64,000 bases of DNA, taken from positions 5,320 to 69,319 of the forward strand of contig JBBSWO010000006.1 in the NCBI GenBank assembly GCA_038046245.1, read 5' to 3'. A program made the translations under genes and the position numbers. The stretch is from Nanobdellota archaeon. Its GTDB lineage: Archaea; Nanobdellota; Nanobdellia; Pacearchaeales; GW2011-AR1. Shown piece after piece: positions 9,961 through 18,460 of this stretch (positions are counted from its first letter, which is position 1; each line of letters begins with the position of its first letter). The notes beneath the pieces are model-generated. The model worked only from the letters and a program-made list of their open reading frames with translations. It was not told the origin of the DNA and searched no databases.

Positions 9961-10380
9961 TTAAGCTCTCAAGGTTTGGCAAGAAATACCATTAACTTCT
10001 GTAGAGTTATCCAACCTCTGATTAACACAAAGCTGCTTGGCTAAATTTTTTACCTGGGTGCCATCACAAGCTTCACTTAAAGTTGTAAAGGTAGCATATT
10101 TGGTAAGTTCCTCACAATTAAGAAACTGTGTTTTCCCAGAAATCTTGACCTCTTTGAATTCATTGCAGTAAGTTGTCTTTAGATTATTTTGGCCGGCAAG
10201 ATCACAGGCCTGTGCTGACTTTTCCAAATCTCCGGGCAACAATCCAAATCCTCCAAACACCCAGCCCCACCCTTTTGTGAATCCTAAAATTACTATGACT
10301 AAAACTACAACAGCTATAAGAAGTAAAATTATTGTTTCTGAAGACAGACCCTGCCCTTTCTTATCCCTCTTTCCTATCAT
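9961..10380 (-). CDS. pilin-like protein (class III signal-peptide-like N-terminus), major-pilin candidate
   Basis: MIGKRDKKGQG/LSSETIILLLIAVVVLVIVILGF, 6 Cys in the globular part, own strong TATA. Confidence 0.5.
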   Translation of the reverse strand: MIGKRDKKGQGLSSETIILLLIAVVVLVIVILGFTKGWGWVFGGFGLLPGDLEKSAQACDLAGQNNLKTTYCNEFKEVKISGKTQFLNCEELTKYATFTTLSEACDGTQVKNLAKQLCVNQRLDNSTEVNGISCQTLRA

Positions 10381-10398
10381 GTTTAAAATAGTAAACTC

Positions 10399-10414
10399 TC
10401 ATTTATAAATATTT
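10399..10414 (-). promoter_or_regulatory. TATA-box promoter (TCATTTATAAATATTT on + strand)
   Basis: 22-29 nt upstream of ATG at 10380, abutting the stop codon (10415-10417) of the preceding ORF. Confidence 0.5.
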
Positions 10415-11185
10415 TCAAACGCCAACAAAACTGAGTTTAAGGCTCATAAATTCCCCATCAATAAAGAACTCCTGTTTACTCGTCAACGTGACCAGATAAT
10501 ATCTGTTCCCATTATCTGTTTTCTGTCCCACGTCAACATTGAAACTCTTAAGCTCTTGTTCAAAACACTCTTTTATTTCTTCATCATTTTTACACTTTTC
10601 TTTTGCAGTATAAATTTCTTCAAAACTATCCAACCCTATTTTGTTTGTATCCAATAAAGCAGATATCTCTGGAAAATAAACAACATTGATATTGTTTGAA
10701 GAAAAACTAAATTCTAAATTGGTCACAGCAATTTGAGATTTTCCATTCTCGTTCACAATTCTAAATCTGTCTGTGCTAATAGACTCCTTAATTTTTACCA
10801 TAAACTCATTTGTAAACTCATATGAATTGAAATTTTCCTTAAATTTTGGAGAAATCTTCTTTAACATTTCATCATTTAGATTAGAGTTCAATTTTGCAAA
10901 TTCCAAATCTCCATTAGAATTTATTTTTGGGTTTTCTAAGAAAGACTTATCGTTTATAAGTTCAAAATATGAATCAGCAAAAGCCTTCTCTCCAGCCTGG
11001 TTTATATAAAATTCCCCAAAATCATAAACGTTTGAGGTAAACTGTACAACTCTTGCATCAGAGATTTTAGCCTCAAAATTTGAAGCACTTATAGTAAAAA
11101 TGAAAATAGCAGTAATTACTGTAGCCACAGTCATGAATACTATCAAAGGCACATGCACACTTCCATTCTTATTTTTTATTAACAT
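10415..11185 (-). CDS. pilin-like / pilus-associated protein
   Basis: MLIKNKNG/SVHVPLIVFMTVATVITAIFIF N-terminus; 7-nt overlap with upstream ORF. Confidence 0.4.
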   Translation of the reverse strand: MLIKNKNGSVHVPLIVFMTVATVITAIFIFTISASNFEAKISDARVVQFTSNVYDFGEFYINQAGEKAFADSYFELINDKSFLENPKINSNGDLEFAKLNSNLNDEMLKKISPKFKENFNSYEFTNEFMVKIKESISTDRFRIVNENGKSQIAVTNLEFSFSSNNINVVYFPEISALLDTNKIGLDSFEEIYTAKEKCKNDEEIKECFEQELKSFNVDVGQKTDNGNRYYLVTLTSKQEFFIDGEFMSLKLSFVGV

Positions 11186-11721
11186 TTTCCAGAATATAAC
11201 CCCACAATATTTCCATTTTTATTTTCAGGAATTCTCACAAGAAGTTGAGGATAAATCCTGTTATTAACCTCAAAATTTTTATTTCTTAAATAATTGTTGT
11301 CAAAATTGAATATGAAACACCTGTCTGACAAAATACTGCTTTCCAAAATATAAGAAGCATTTTCATTCACTTCATCCTTCAAATCAGAATTTTTGTTGGA
11401 TCTTAAAACTAAATCCCTAAAATTTCCTTTGCCAACAGGATAATTCAGTAAATAAAGAAATTTTTGCTCACTTTCCAAATTTCCCATGCCAGTAGTTTTC
11501 TCCACAGATTCAATGCTTACAATCTTGTCCATAGCCAAATCTGGAACAACTTTATGCGCTGCTAAAAAAGATGTAAAAACAAGGAAAATTACCATTATAA
11601 AAACAATAACAATAAATGCAGCAAACCAACTTAATGTTAAACCAACTTGCGAGTGTTTCGGTTTTAACAAATCACTAGCAGATTTCAAAGTCAAGACACG
11701 AGTCCCTTTATTTTTTTTCAT
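11179..11721 (-). CDS. pilin-like / pilus-associated protein
   Basis: charged leader then LTLSWFAAFIVIVFIMVIFLVF helix; overlaps neighbours. Confidence 0.4.
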   Translation of the reverse strand: MKKNKGTRVLTLKSASDLLKPKHSQVGLTLSWFAAFIVIVFIMVIFLVFTSFLAAHKVVPDLAMDKIVSIESVEKTTGMGNLESEQKFLYLLNYPVGKGNFRDLVLRSNKNSDLKDEVNENASYILESSILSDRCFIFNFDNNYLRNKNFEVNNRIYPQLLVRIPENKNGNIVGLYSGKC

Positions 11722-12242
11722 TTTCCAACACTAGGAATTTTCCTCCCTTCTTGATTTGATGCTGTTAAAACTTCTAACGTTCCCTTCTTTATATCACCAT
11801 TTTCATAATAAAGGAAAGGTTGAATATTATTGAAACATACTGGAAATTTGTCTGCTTCAATGCTCTGCGTTATTTCACAGTCTTTTCCATAAGAAAAATC
11901 GCCTTGAGTTATGTCCCCTCTTATCTTTTTTCCATCACTAACAAATCCCAAATTAAAATAAAAACTGGTTTCTCCAGAAAAAATCTCTTTCTTAAGTCCG
12001 CATTTTTCAAAAATATCAAAATTGCTGTTTAGAACATCATTCTCTAAAAATCCTCCCCTGACTAAACAGTTGGAAATTTTATCATACATGATTTTTGATT
12101 CAACATCTCTGGCGTCAATCGGAGAAGAGTAAAAAATAAACACTCCGGCAATTATTCCAATGGCAACTATTGATATTACTAAAAACCACCAAAGGGAGAA
12201 ATATTTCTCATCGCCAATTTTGTTTTTTATTATATTTTTCAT
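11718..12242 (-). CDS. pilin-like / pilus-associated protein
   Basis: MKNIIKNKIGDEKY then single hydrophobic helix; 4-nt overlap downstream. Confidence 0.4.
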   Translation of the reverse strand: MKNIIKNKIGDEKYFSLWWFLVISIVAIGIIAGVFIFYSSPIDARDVESKIMYDKISNCLVRGGFLENDVLNSNFDIFEKCGLKKEIFSGETSFYFNLGFVSDGKKIRGDITQGDFSYGKDCEITQSIEADKFPVCFNNIQPFLYYENGDIKKGTLEVLTASNQEGRKIPSVGK

Positions 12243-12248
12243 TTTAAA

Positions 12249-12644
12249 TTATTTTTTCTCTTTCAAAGTTATGACTAATTCTTTTCCAGCAAAAAAATGC
12301 TCAATTTCATAATCAGAAAAATATTTGAAACCATAACCCCCTTTCCCTCCTAGATTGACAATTACTTCATTGTTGTTGAAAGAGACTATATTGTCCGTGC
12401 TTCCTTTAGTTATACCTAAAGCTTTCTCAAAATTTATAGAAATTTGAGTGTAAGGCTTTCCAGAATCAATTGCCAAAGCAATCTGCTTTGCATAGACTTG
12501 CTCATAAGCTAAAGCACCCTTTGAAGAAGTATTAACAAAATAAATAATTGCGAGAAAAAACAACAAGTTCACAATAATAAAAATGACTTCAGGCATCACA
12601 ATCGACTCACCAGATTTATCATTGATTATACCTCTTCTGTGCAT
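12249..12644 (-). CDS. pilin-like protein
   Basis: MHRRGIINDKSG/ESIVMPEVIFIIVNLLFFLAIIYF, 131 aa. Confidence 0.45.
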   Translation of the reverse strand: MHRRGIINDKSGESIVMPEVIFIIVNLLFFLAIIYFVNTSSKGALAYEQVYAKQIALAIDSGKPYTQISINFEKALGITKGSTDNIVSFNNNEVIVNLGGKGGYGFKYFSDYEIEHFFAGKELVITLKEKK

Positions 12645-12678
12645 TTTTTAAAAAGGAATAGAAATATTATAAACTTAA

Positions 12679-13656
12679 CTAGGGAACGCTTTCCAAAGAA
12701 TCACAACTTTGGTTCTTAAATCCCTCGCTGTTGTAATCTATCAAGAAATTTCCTGAGAGATAAGGAGACGCGCCAAACCAAGACTCCATCTCTTCACTCG
12801 ATTGTTCACCAACAAAACCTCCGGCGAATCCTCCGCCAATACATCCTAAAACTCCTCCTGCAGCTCCCGAAACTGGAGAAGCGACTCCTGCACTGGCTAA
12901 ACCTCCAATTATTGCGCCCCCAATTGCACCAGCCTTGGCCCCAGCAATACATCCAGCAATAACCCCAGTACTGCTTTGAAACATTCTCAAAGCAGCAGTC
13001 TTGTCTGCTTCAATAAATAATACGGCTTTCTCAGTTGTGGTAAACTTATCATTACTTGCGCTATAATTAGCAGGAACAATTCCCCCGCTAGTAAAATTCC
13101 AATAAGAAATGTTCTGATTAGGCACATTATTTGTTATCATATATTTTCCGATTCCTTCAATTTCTTTATTCTTTTCTGTAACAGTGTTGTCAAAAGATAT
13201 TCTGCTACATACAACACAGCGATTATTGTTGAGGGCACCACGTGTAAAAACTTGTATATTTCCTTCCCCCATCATGCTCCAACAATCGGCCTGTTCCTGT
13301 GCAACAATTTTATTTATGTCTTCCTGCATTTTTATTTTATCACTGCTCACTCTGATAGTATCAAAGGTCGATCCAAGTTCCTTTTCACAGTCTCCCTTAC
13401 CAATGAGCTTATCAGTAATACAAACTTTTCTAGTCCCACATTTAAGTGGAGGCAAATCTTTTACACTAATTGTATCTGGAAGTGAACCTCTTTCAACAAC
13501 AGAAAGATGGCATGTTGATCTATCAATTTGATCGGGGAATGCATTTCTGTATAGAAAAAAAAGTAAAATCGCAAATCCAACTAATAAGATGACTACTCCT
13601 ATCAATTTGCCAGATACAGGCTCTTCCCCCATTTTTCCAAACTTAAATTTTTTCAT
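12679..13656 (-). CDS. pilin-like N-terminus, Cys-containing domain and C-terminal glycine-zipper segment
   Basis: MKKFKFGKMGEEPVSGKLIGVVILLVGFAILLFF; aa 229-283 GVIAGCIAGAKAGAIGGAIIGGLASAG...GGFAGGFVG. Confidence 0.4.
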   Translation of the reverse strand: MKKFKFGKMGEEPVSGKLIGVVILLVGFAILLFFLYRNAFPDQIDRSTCHLSVVERGSLPDTISVKDLPPLKCGTRKVCITDKLIGKGDCEKELGSTFDTIRVSSDKIKMQEDINKIVAQEQADCWSMMGEGNIQVFTRGALNNNRCVVCSRISFDNTVTEKNKEIEGIGKYMITNNVPNQNISYWNFTSGGIVPANYSASNDKFTTTEKAVLFIEADKTAALRMFQSSTGVIAGCIAGAKAGAIGGAIIGGLASAGVASPVSGAAGGVLGCIGGGFAGGFVGEQSSEEMESWFGASPYLSGNFLIDYNSEGFKNQSCDSLESVP

Positions 13657-13784
13657 CCTGCGTTAAAAAGTTTTTTAGTTAAAAAATAAAGTCCAGCTAA
13701 AACTCCCAAAAATACCAAAATCCAGATTATTGTCATGGCCAGATTAGACATCTCCGCGTTTTTGCCAAAGAATATTTTTTTCAT
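13653..13784 (-). CDS. mini pilin-like protein (43 aa)
   Basis: internal ATG at 13784 gives MKKIFFGKNAEMSNLAMTIIWILVFLGVLAGLYF; the 62-aa track ORF would overlap the upstream gene by 56 nt. Confidence 0.4.
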   Translation of the reverse strand: MKKIFFGKNAEMSNLAMTIIWILVFLGVLAGLYFLTKKLFNAG

Positions 13785-13785
13785 T

Positions 13786-14307
13786 TTACAATTTTGGTTC
13801 TCCGTAAAGCTTAGTCGTTTGTGGATTATCATTAGGTACAAGATATTTTATTGAAACCTCTCCTTTTGTCCTGTTGACGACTATTTCCCTAGGTAAATGA
13901 TTAAAGTTTAAATAATTCCTCTCTTCAAAAATGACATTAATATTAACAGATTTACAAATTCCTTTTTTATCCTTACAGCTTGACGCATCATAATAATCCA
14001 ACCATGAACTGTCGCAGAGACAAAGGCATGTATCTGACTCACATGAACTCGGTTTTTCATCATTCTTTGAAAGATAAACTAAATTCCATGCTGCCGGACT
14101 TTCCACTAAAAAATTTCTTGAGTCATTTTCTGGTAAATTACGAACAACTTGTGAAATTTGGTCCAAGGTAGAAATTGCCTGATTTATTCTTGTAGTAGAA
14201 TGAAAAGCTGAATACAGTGCAGCGCCCAAAGCAAGCAATAAAGTGATTCCTATAACCGAAACAAATATTTTAATCGTTTCGGGAGTAATCAAGTCTTCAT
14301 CACTCAT
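13786..14307 (-). CDS. pilin-like / pilus-associated protein
   Basis: acidic leader then IKIFVSVIGITLLLALGAALYSAF helix; Cys-rich globular part. Confidence 0.4.
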   Translation of the reverse strand: MSDEDLITPETIKIFVSVIGITLLLALGAALYSAFHSTTRINQAISTLDQISQVVRNLPENDSRNFLVESPAAWNLVYLSKNDEKPSSCESDTCLCLCDSSWLDYYDASSCKDKKGICKSVNINVIFEERNYLNFNHLPREIVVNRTKGEVSIKYLVPNDNPQTTKLYGEPKL

Positions 14308-14453
14308 ATTATTCCTCCAAAAATAAAATCAGGAAAAATTTGTTTTACCCATTTTATTACGTCTGTCTTAAAAACAAAAAATAAAACCGCTGCAACTACC
14401 AGCACAACCAAAATAATAGTAATTATTTTATCTATCCCTATTTGTGTTCCCAT
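14304..14453 (-). CDS. unannotated mini pilin-like ORF (49 aa)
   Basis: own translation: MGTQIGIDKIITIILVVLVVAAVLFFVFKTDVIKWVKQIFPDFIFGGII; stop overlaps next ATG (ATATGA). Confidence 0.4.
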   Translation of the reverse strand: MGTQIGIDKIITIILVVLVVAAVLFFVFKTDVIKWVKQIFPDFIFGGII

Positions 14454-14605
14454 TAGTTACCAAACCTGAAAAGGTTCTTAACAAAATCCAGTGCACCAGT
14501 CCCTTTTCCTTTTAGCACCATTATTATTCCTATTGAGATAAATAAAGCTACAATGGCCAAAATCCACCACCCAATGGCTTGTATTTCCATGCCCTTCTTT
14601 TTCAT
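14453..14605 (-). CDS. unannotated mini pilin-like ORF (50 aa)
   Basis: own translation: MKKKGMEIQAIGWWILAIVALFISIGIIMVLKGKGTGALDFVKNLFRFGN; stop TAA shares one base with next ATG. Confidence 0.4.
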   Translation of the reverse strand: MKKKGMEIQAIGWWILAIVALFISIGIIMVLKGKGTGALDFVKNLFRFGN

Positions 14606-14663
14606 ATGCAAGACAGTAGAAAAATCTTAATAAATCTTCTTATCAAGAACAGTTAGTCTAGAA

Positions 14664-15152
14664 TCACCCAAAGAATTTTTTCACGGAATGAGAGAAAGCC
14701 AAATACCAAAAAATTAATCCTGAGATGATTAATCCAAAGACCTCTTTGAAGTCTCCTCCAACAAGAGAACTAAGTGAAGACAAAAACCCAAATGCGGAAA
14801 GCAATACAACAACAATTCTCGTCCAGGCTTTGCCCTTGACAAGACCTTTGGCCACGAACAAATCAAATATTCCTATCCCTGCAAGAATAATCCCAAATAT
14901 AATCAAGAAAATATTAAAAGAAGAAAAGTTCGGCCCAAATGTTGAAGACAAGCTTTGCATTAAAGAACTGAATTGCGAACTAGCACTAGGATTAATTAAA
15001 ATCCAAACCCCTATGACAATAAAAGCCAAAGCTGAAACAAAAGAAAGCACCGCCCCAATATAATAAAGAATGGAAATAATCTTAACGCCTTTAGGAACAC
15101 TTTCTTTTCGAGATGAAAATTTTACAGCTCTTTTTTTCACCACTTTTTTCAT
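14664..15152 (-). CDS. membrane protein, unknown function
   Basis: basic N-terminus, 4 TM helices. Confidence 0.45.
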   Translation of the reverse strand: MKKVVKKRAVKFSSRKESVPKGVKIISILYYIGAVLSFVSALAFIVIGVWILINPSASSQFSSLMQSLSSTFGPNFSSFNIFLIIFGIILAGIGIFDLFVAKGLVKGKAWTRIVVVLLSAFGFLSSLSSLVGGDFKEVFGLIISGLIFWYLAFSHSVKKFFG

Positions 15153-15182
15153 ACAACACCAAGGAAAAAAGGATTAATAAAT

Positions 15183-17339
15183 TTAACTGCCAACTATTCC
15201 GCTCAAAACAACGCTTGCCAGTATAAACAAGGCCATAGTTGCAAATAAAGCAGTCAAGAAATAAAGCATAATTCCAGACCTCAAATTTCCCGCAAGTTGA
15301 TTCGACCTTTCAAGGCTGTCCTCGCCGGAATCAACAGTCACCAAGGTTCTTGTAAGAATGAAAATAATTTGTATCAGATAAATCCCTATTGAAATTTGCA
15401 AGAAATAAGGAGGGATCATTTCCTTAAAATTAAACAAAGAAAGTATCTGGTCAAGATTAAATCCGGCAGTGGTACCAGCCAAATTTTGTGCAAAGTTCAA
15501 TTTCCCAAGTATTGTGGTTATCATTGCTGAGAGTCCGACAACAATTCCGGAAAGTAAAGGGGCCAAAAAAGCCATATTGCTTTTCATGTCAGAGGTAATT
15601 TCAGCAAGCATATCTTTAAGCCTCAAATTAATTTTCTGTATATTCTTAACATACTCCGAAATGCTCATCAAACTAGAAGCCGCAATCTTAAGCCCTTTCT
15701 TGGAAGACTCTACAAGTATTTTCATGCTCGAAGAAATCAATTCCGAAGGATAATAAATTAGCACACCTCTAACTTTGTCGAACAAAGAACTCTCAACGCT
15801 CATTCCCATCTGCCTTACATTATAGTTGACTCTTTTGAAAAATTCCTCAGTCCTTAACCCTTTAGAAGATTCGGCGACTTTCCCAAAAGCTAATTCAGGA
15901 GGCAGGCCATTCCCGATTCGGTTTCCCAATTGAAATAAAGAATTGTTAAACTCTTCTTCAAGTTCCTTCGTTGCTATTCTTTCCAATATTATCTTACGGG
16001 TTTTGTCCCTGTGAGCTATTGAAAAAAACATTGCAATTCCCAACGGAAAGAACATTCCCAAGATTAAAGCACCGACGCCGAATGGGCCCTTTCCATCAGT
16101 AAATCCGAAAAAATACTGGCTCCCAAAATCTTCCCCAAGATTTAATCCCAACTGTGAAAATGTATAATCTTTCTGCAATCCCAATGCTGCTGGAACTGGC
16201 GTGAACTGGAAAATTAACGGCAATAATCCTAGAATCAAAAACGGCAGACTTAAAATAAACGCATTGACATAATGTTTTTTGCTAGAATACTCTTTATACA
16301 AAGGATGTTTCTCAAGCAAAGAAGTTTCTCCATGCCCCCCTGGCCTCAAAAACATAATCTTATCAGTCAAATAAAAAACGAAAAATGGAACTATCAAATT
16401 GAATATTATAAAAACATGAATCCAAGTTAAAACTCCTCCAAGCATTGCAGAAGCCAGTGGGAGTAAAGCTAACGCCAAAGTTGGAAGAACAACCCCAAGC
16501 ATGTAAACATTAGTCAGAGGCGATCGCACAGTGTGTGTAAACTTAAGCATCTTGTCATAAACCCCATCTAAAACAACTTGTAAAGCTTTTTCCAAGGCGG
16601 TTACTCTCCTTGAATTGTCTGGTTCAAACAAGCTGCTTTCAATAAGATGAAAGGCTTCTATAAATTCGCTAGAATATCCTCTCCAGTTCTCAAGATAATT
16701 GTCTAAGCTGTCTTTTATACTTGAAAACTTACCGACTTCAACGTCATAGAAGACTTTTCTGAAATCCAGAGATAAGGGGGGTTGAAGATTTTCTGAAGCA
16801 AAAGCGATAGCTTTTTCCAAGTTAGGAGTATGTCTCATGTAAATCACGATGTAAAGTATTGCTGGAACCATTTGGGAAGACGCTTTAAGTCTCCATCTGT
16901 TTGCGAGTCTTGCAGGGTATCCCTTCATAAAATAGAATAAGAATGTTGCAAGTATCATAGTTAACAGAAAAAATAAAAATGGAAAGTTTGCAAAATCCCC
17001 TTTGATTAAAACAGTTCCAACTGAAAACAAAATCCCTATTATAAACACGAAGACAAAAGACATGACTGCTAAGTTCAAGGCCTGCCAGGGTTCAACATCA
17101 ACGTGGGCTGCTTTCAGTTGTGCATTCACTTCTTGGTTATCTTTTTCAGAAATGTTTAGTCTTATGAAGCTTCCCAAAGACCTGCAGAGTTTTTCATATC
17201 TTGTTAGTTGGGGAGAGAGCTCATCTTTAAACTTCGTATACTCGCTGCTATAGCCAGAATCAGAAGTCTGTATTTGACTTTCTATTCTTGCCCCATATTT
17301 TTTAAGAATGTCTTCAACACTGAATTTTCTGGGAGGCAT
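15183..17339 (-). CDS. FlaJ/PilC/TadC-like polytopic platform protein of a type IV filament system
   Basis: 718 aa, two cytoplasmic helical segments each followed by TM bundles, located next to the secretion ATPase. Confidence 0.55.
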   Translation of the reverse strand: MPPRKFSVEDILKKYGARIESQIQTSDSGYSSEYTKFKDELSPQLTRYEKLCRSLGSFIRLNISEKDNQEVNAQLKAAHVDVEPWQALNLAVMSFVFVFIIGILFSVGTVLIKGDFANFPFLFFLLTMILATFLFYFMKGYPARLANRWRLKASSQMVPAILYIVIYMRHTPNLEKAIAFASENLQPPLSLDFRKVFYDVEVGKFSSIKDSLDNYLENWRGYSSEFIEAFHLIESSLFEPDNSRRVTALEKALQVVLDGVYDKMLKFTHTVRSPLTNVYMLGVVLPTLALALLPLASAMLGGVLTWIHVFIIFNLIVPFFVFYLTDKIMFLRPGGHGETSLLEKHPLYKEYSSKKHYVNAFILSLPFLILGLLPLIFQFTPVPAALGLQKDYTFSQLGLNLGEDFGSQYFFGFTDGKGPFGVGALILGMFFPLGIAMFFSIAHRDKTRKIILERIATKELEEEFNNSLFQLGNRIGNGLPPELAFGKVAESSKGLRTEEFFKRVNYNVRQMGMSVESSLFDKVRGVLIYYPSELISSSMKILVESSKKGLKIAASSLMSISEYVKNIQKINLRLKDMLAEITSDMKSNMAFLAPLLSGIVVGLSAMITTILGKLNFAQNLAGTTAGFNLDQILSLFNFKEMIPPYFLQISIGIYLIQIIFILTRTLVTVDSGEDSLERSNQLAGNLRSGIMLYFLTALFATMALFILASVVLSGIVGS

Positions 17340-17399
17340 TTTTCACCAATTTTTATTATTAAACAAACCAAAAACAATTAATAAATCTTTAGAATAAAC

Positions 17400-18413
17400 T
17401 TATTCTTTCGAGCCAATTACTTTTCTTAAATTGATCAGGCAGATTCCTCCAACAACTAACGAAAAAATGTAATATATTATTCTTTGCAAGAAAGATATTA
17501 CTAAAGCAAAAACCAATGGAATCCCTAATGCAGAATAAAGGAGAGCCATGCTTCCTTCGGTGATTCCTATACCGCCAGGCACCGGTGAAAAACTACCTAT
17601 GAGGCCCCCTATGACAAAAACCACAGCTATTGCAAAAATATTAACTTCTTTTCCAAAAGACAGGAATAAAAAATAAGCCACAAGAAAGTTCAATACCCAG
17701 AAAACAATTGAAAGAGACAACCCAATGCCTATTTTTTTCTTGTCTTTAACAATTTTCCTAAATGAATTTGTAAAGCTCTTCACATGATGATTGATAAACT
17801 TTTCAAAATCATCAGAAGTTTTAAATCTCTTTCTTATGAAACTAAAAAAATGTAATCTCTTGAAGAATACTCCTATCTTAAAATGGCTTTTCCTCAATAT
17901 TAAGTAAAAGATTACAACGAGCCCAATGGCAAGAGTAGACAGCAACGAATAAAAAATAATTCTCAAGGTATCAGAGATATTGATGTACACAAAAACAAGG
18001 CAGATGGCAATAAACGTTAAAAAAACCAAAGCTAAAATCCTAAAAAAAGCATCGGCTAAAACATAACTGAAAACTTTAGTTTTTGGTTTTTTATATTTTT
18101 CAGATATAAAATAAGCTTTAACTGGCTCACCACTAAAACCTGGGTCTGGTGTTAATGTTGCGAAAAACGCTCCTGCAAAAACCGATTGTAAGAAAAACCA
18201 AAAATTTCCTTTGATGTACGGCCTGAAAACATATATGAGTTTTAAAGCCCAGACTATGAAAGTTAAAAACATTGCGACAAAGGCCAAAGTCAGCCAAAAA
18301 GGGTTCAAATAAGTAAAGATAAGATAAATTTCATAAAGATTGACTTTTCTTAAAAAATAAATCAACACCCCCACTACAATAAAGCTGAATATAAAACCAA
18401 ACCACCTCTTCAT
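17400..18413 (-). CDS. UPF0104 / lysyl-phosphatidylglycerol-synthase-TM-like (flippase-like) membrane protein
   Basis: 8 or more TM helices, C-terminal SPVPGGIGITEG motif typical of the family. Confidence 0.55.
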   Translation of the reverse strand: MKRWFGFIFSFIVVGVLIYFLRKVNLYEIYLIFTYLNPFWLTLAFVAMFLTFIVWALKLIYVFRPYIKGNFWFFLQSVFAGAFFATLTPDPGFSGEPVKAYFISEKYKKPKTKVFSYVLADAFFRILALVFLTFIAICLVFVYINISDTLRIIFYSLLSTLAIGLVVIFYLILRKSHFKIGVFFKRLHFFSFIRKRFKTSDDFEKFINHHVKSFTNSFRKIVKDKKKIGIGLSLSIVFWVLNFLVAYFLFLSFGKEVNIFAIAVVFVIGGLIGSFSPVPGGIGITEGSMALLYSALGIPLVFALVISFLQRIIYYIFSLVVGGICLINLRKVIGSKE

Positions 18414-18460
18414 TGAGACTAATAGCGAAGAGAATTTATAAAGTTAGTGAATTTGAACGA

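Noticed and set aside
13653-13841. 62-aa version of the mini-pilin ORF
   Set aside because: It would overlap the upstream gene by 56 nt. The internal ATG at 13784 lies 1 nt after the upstream stop codon and gives a typical charged-then-hydrophobic N-terminus.
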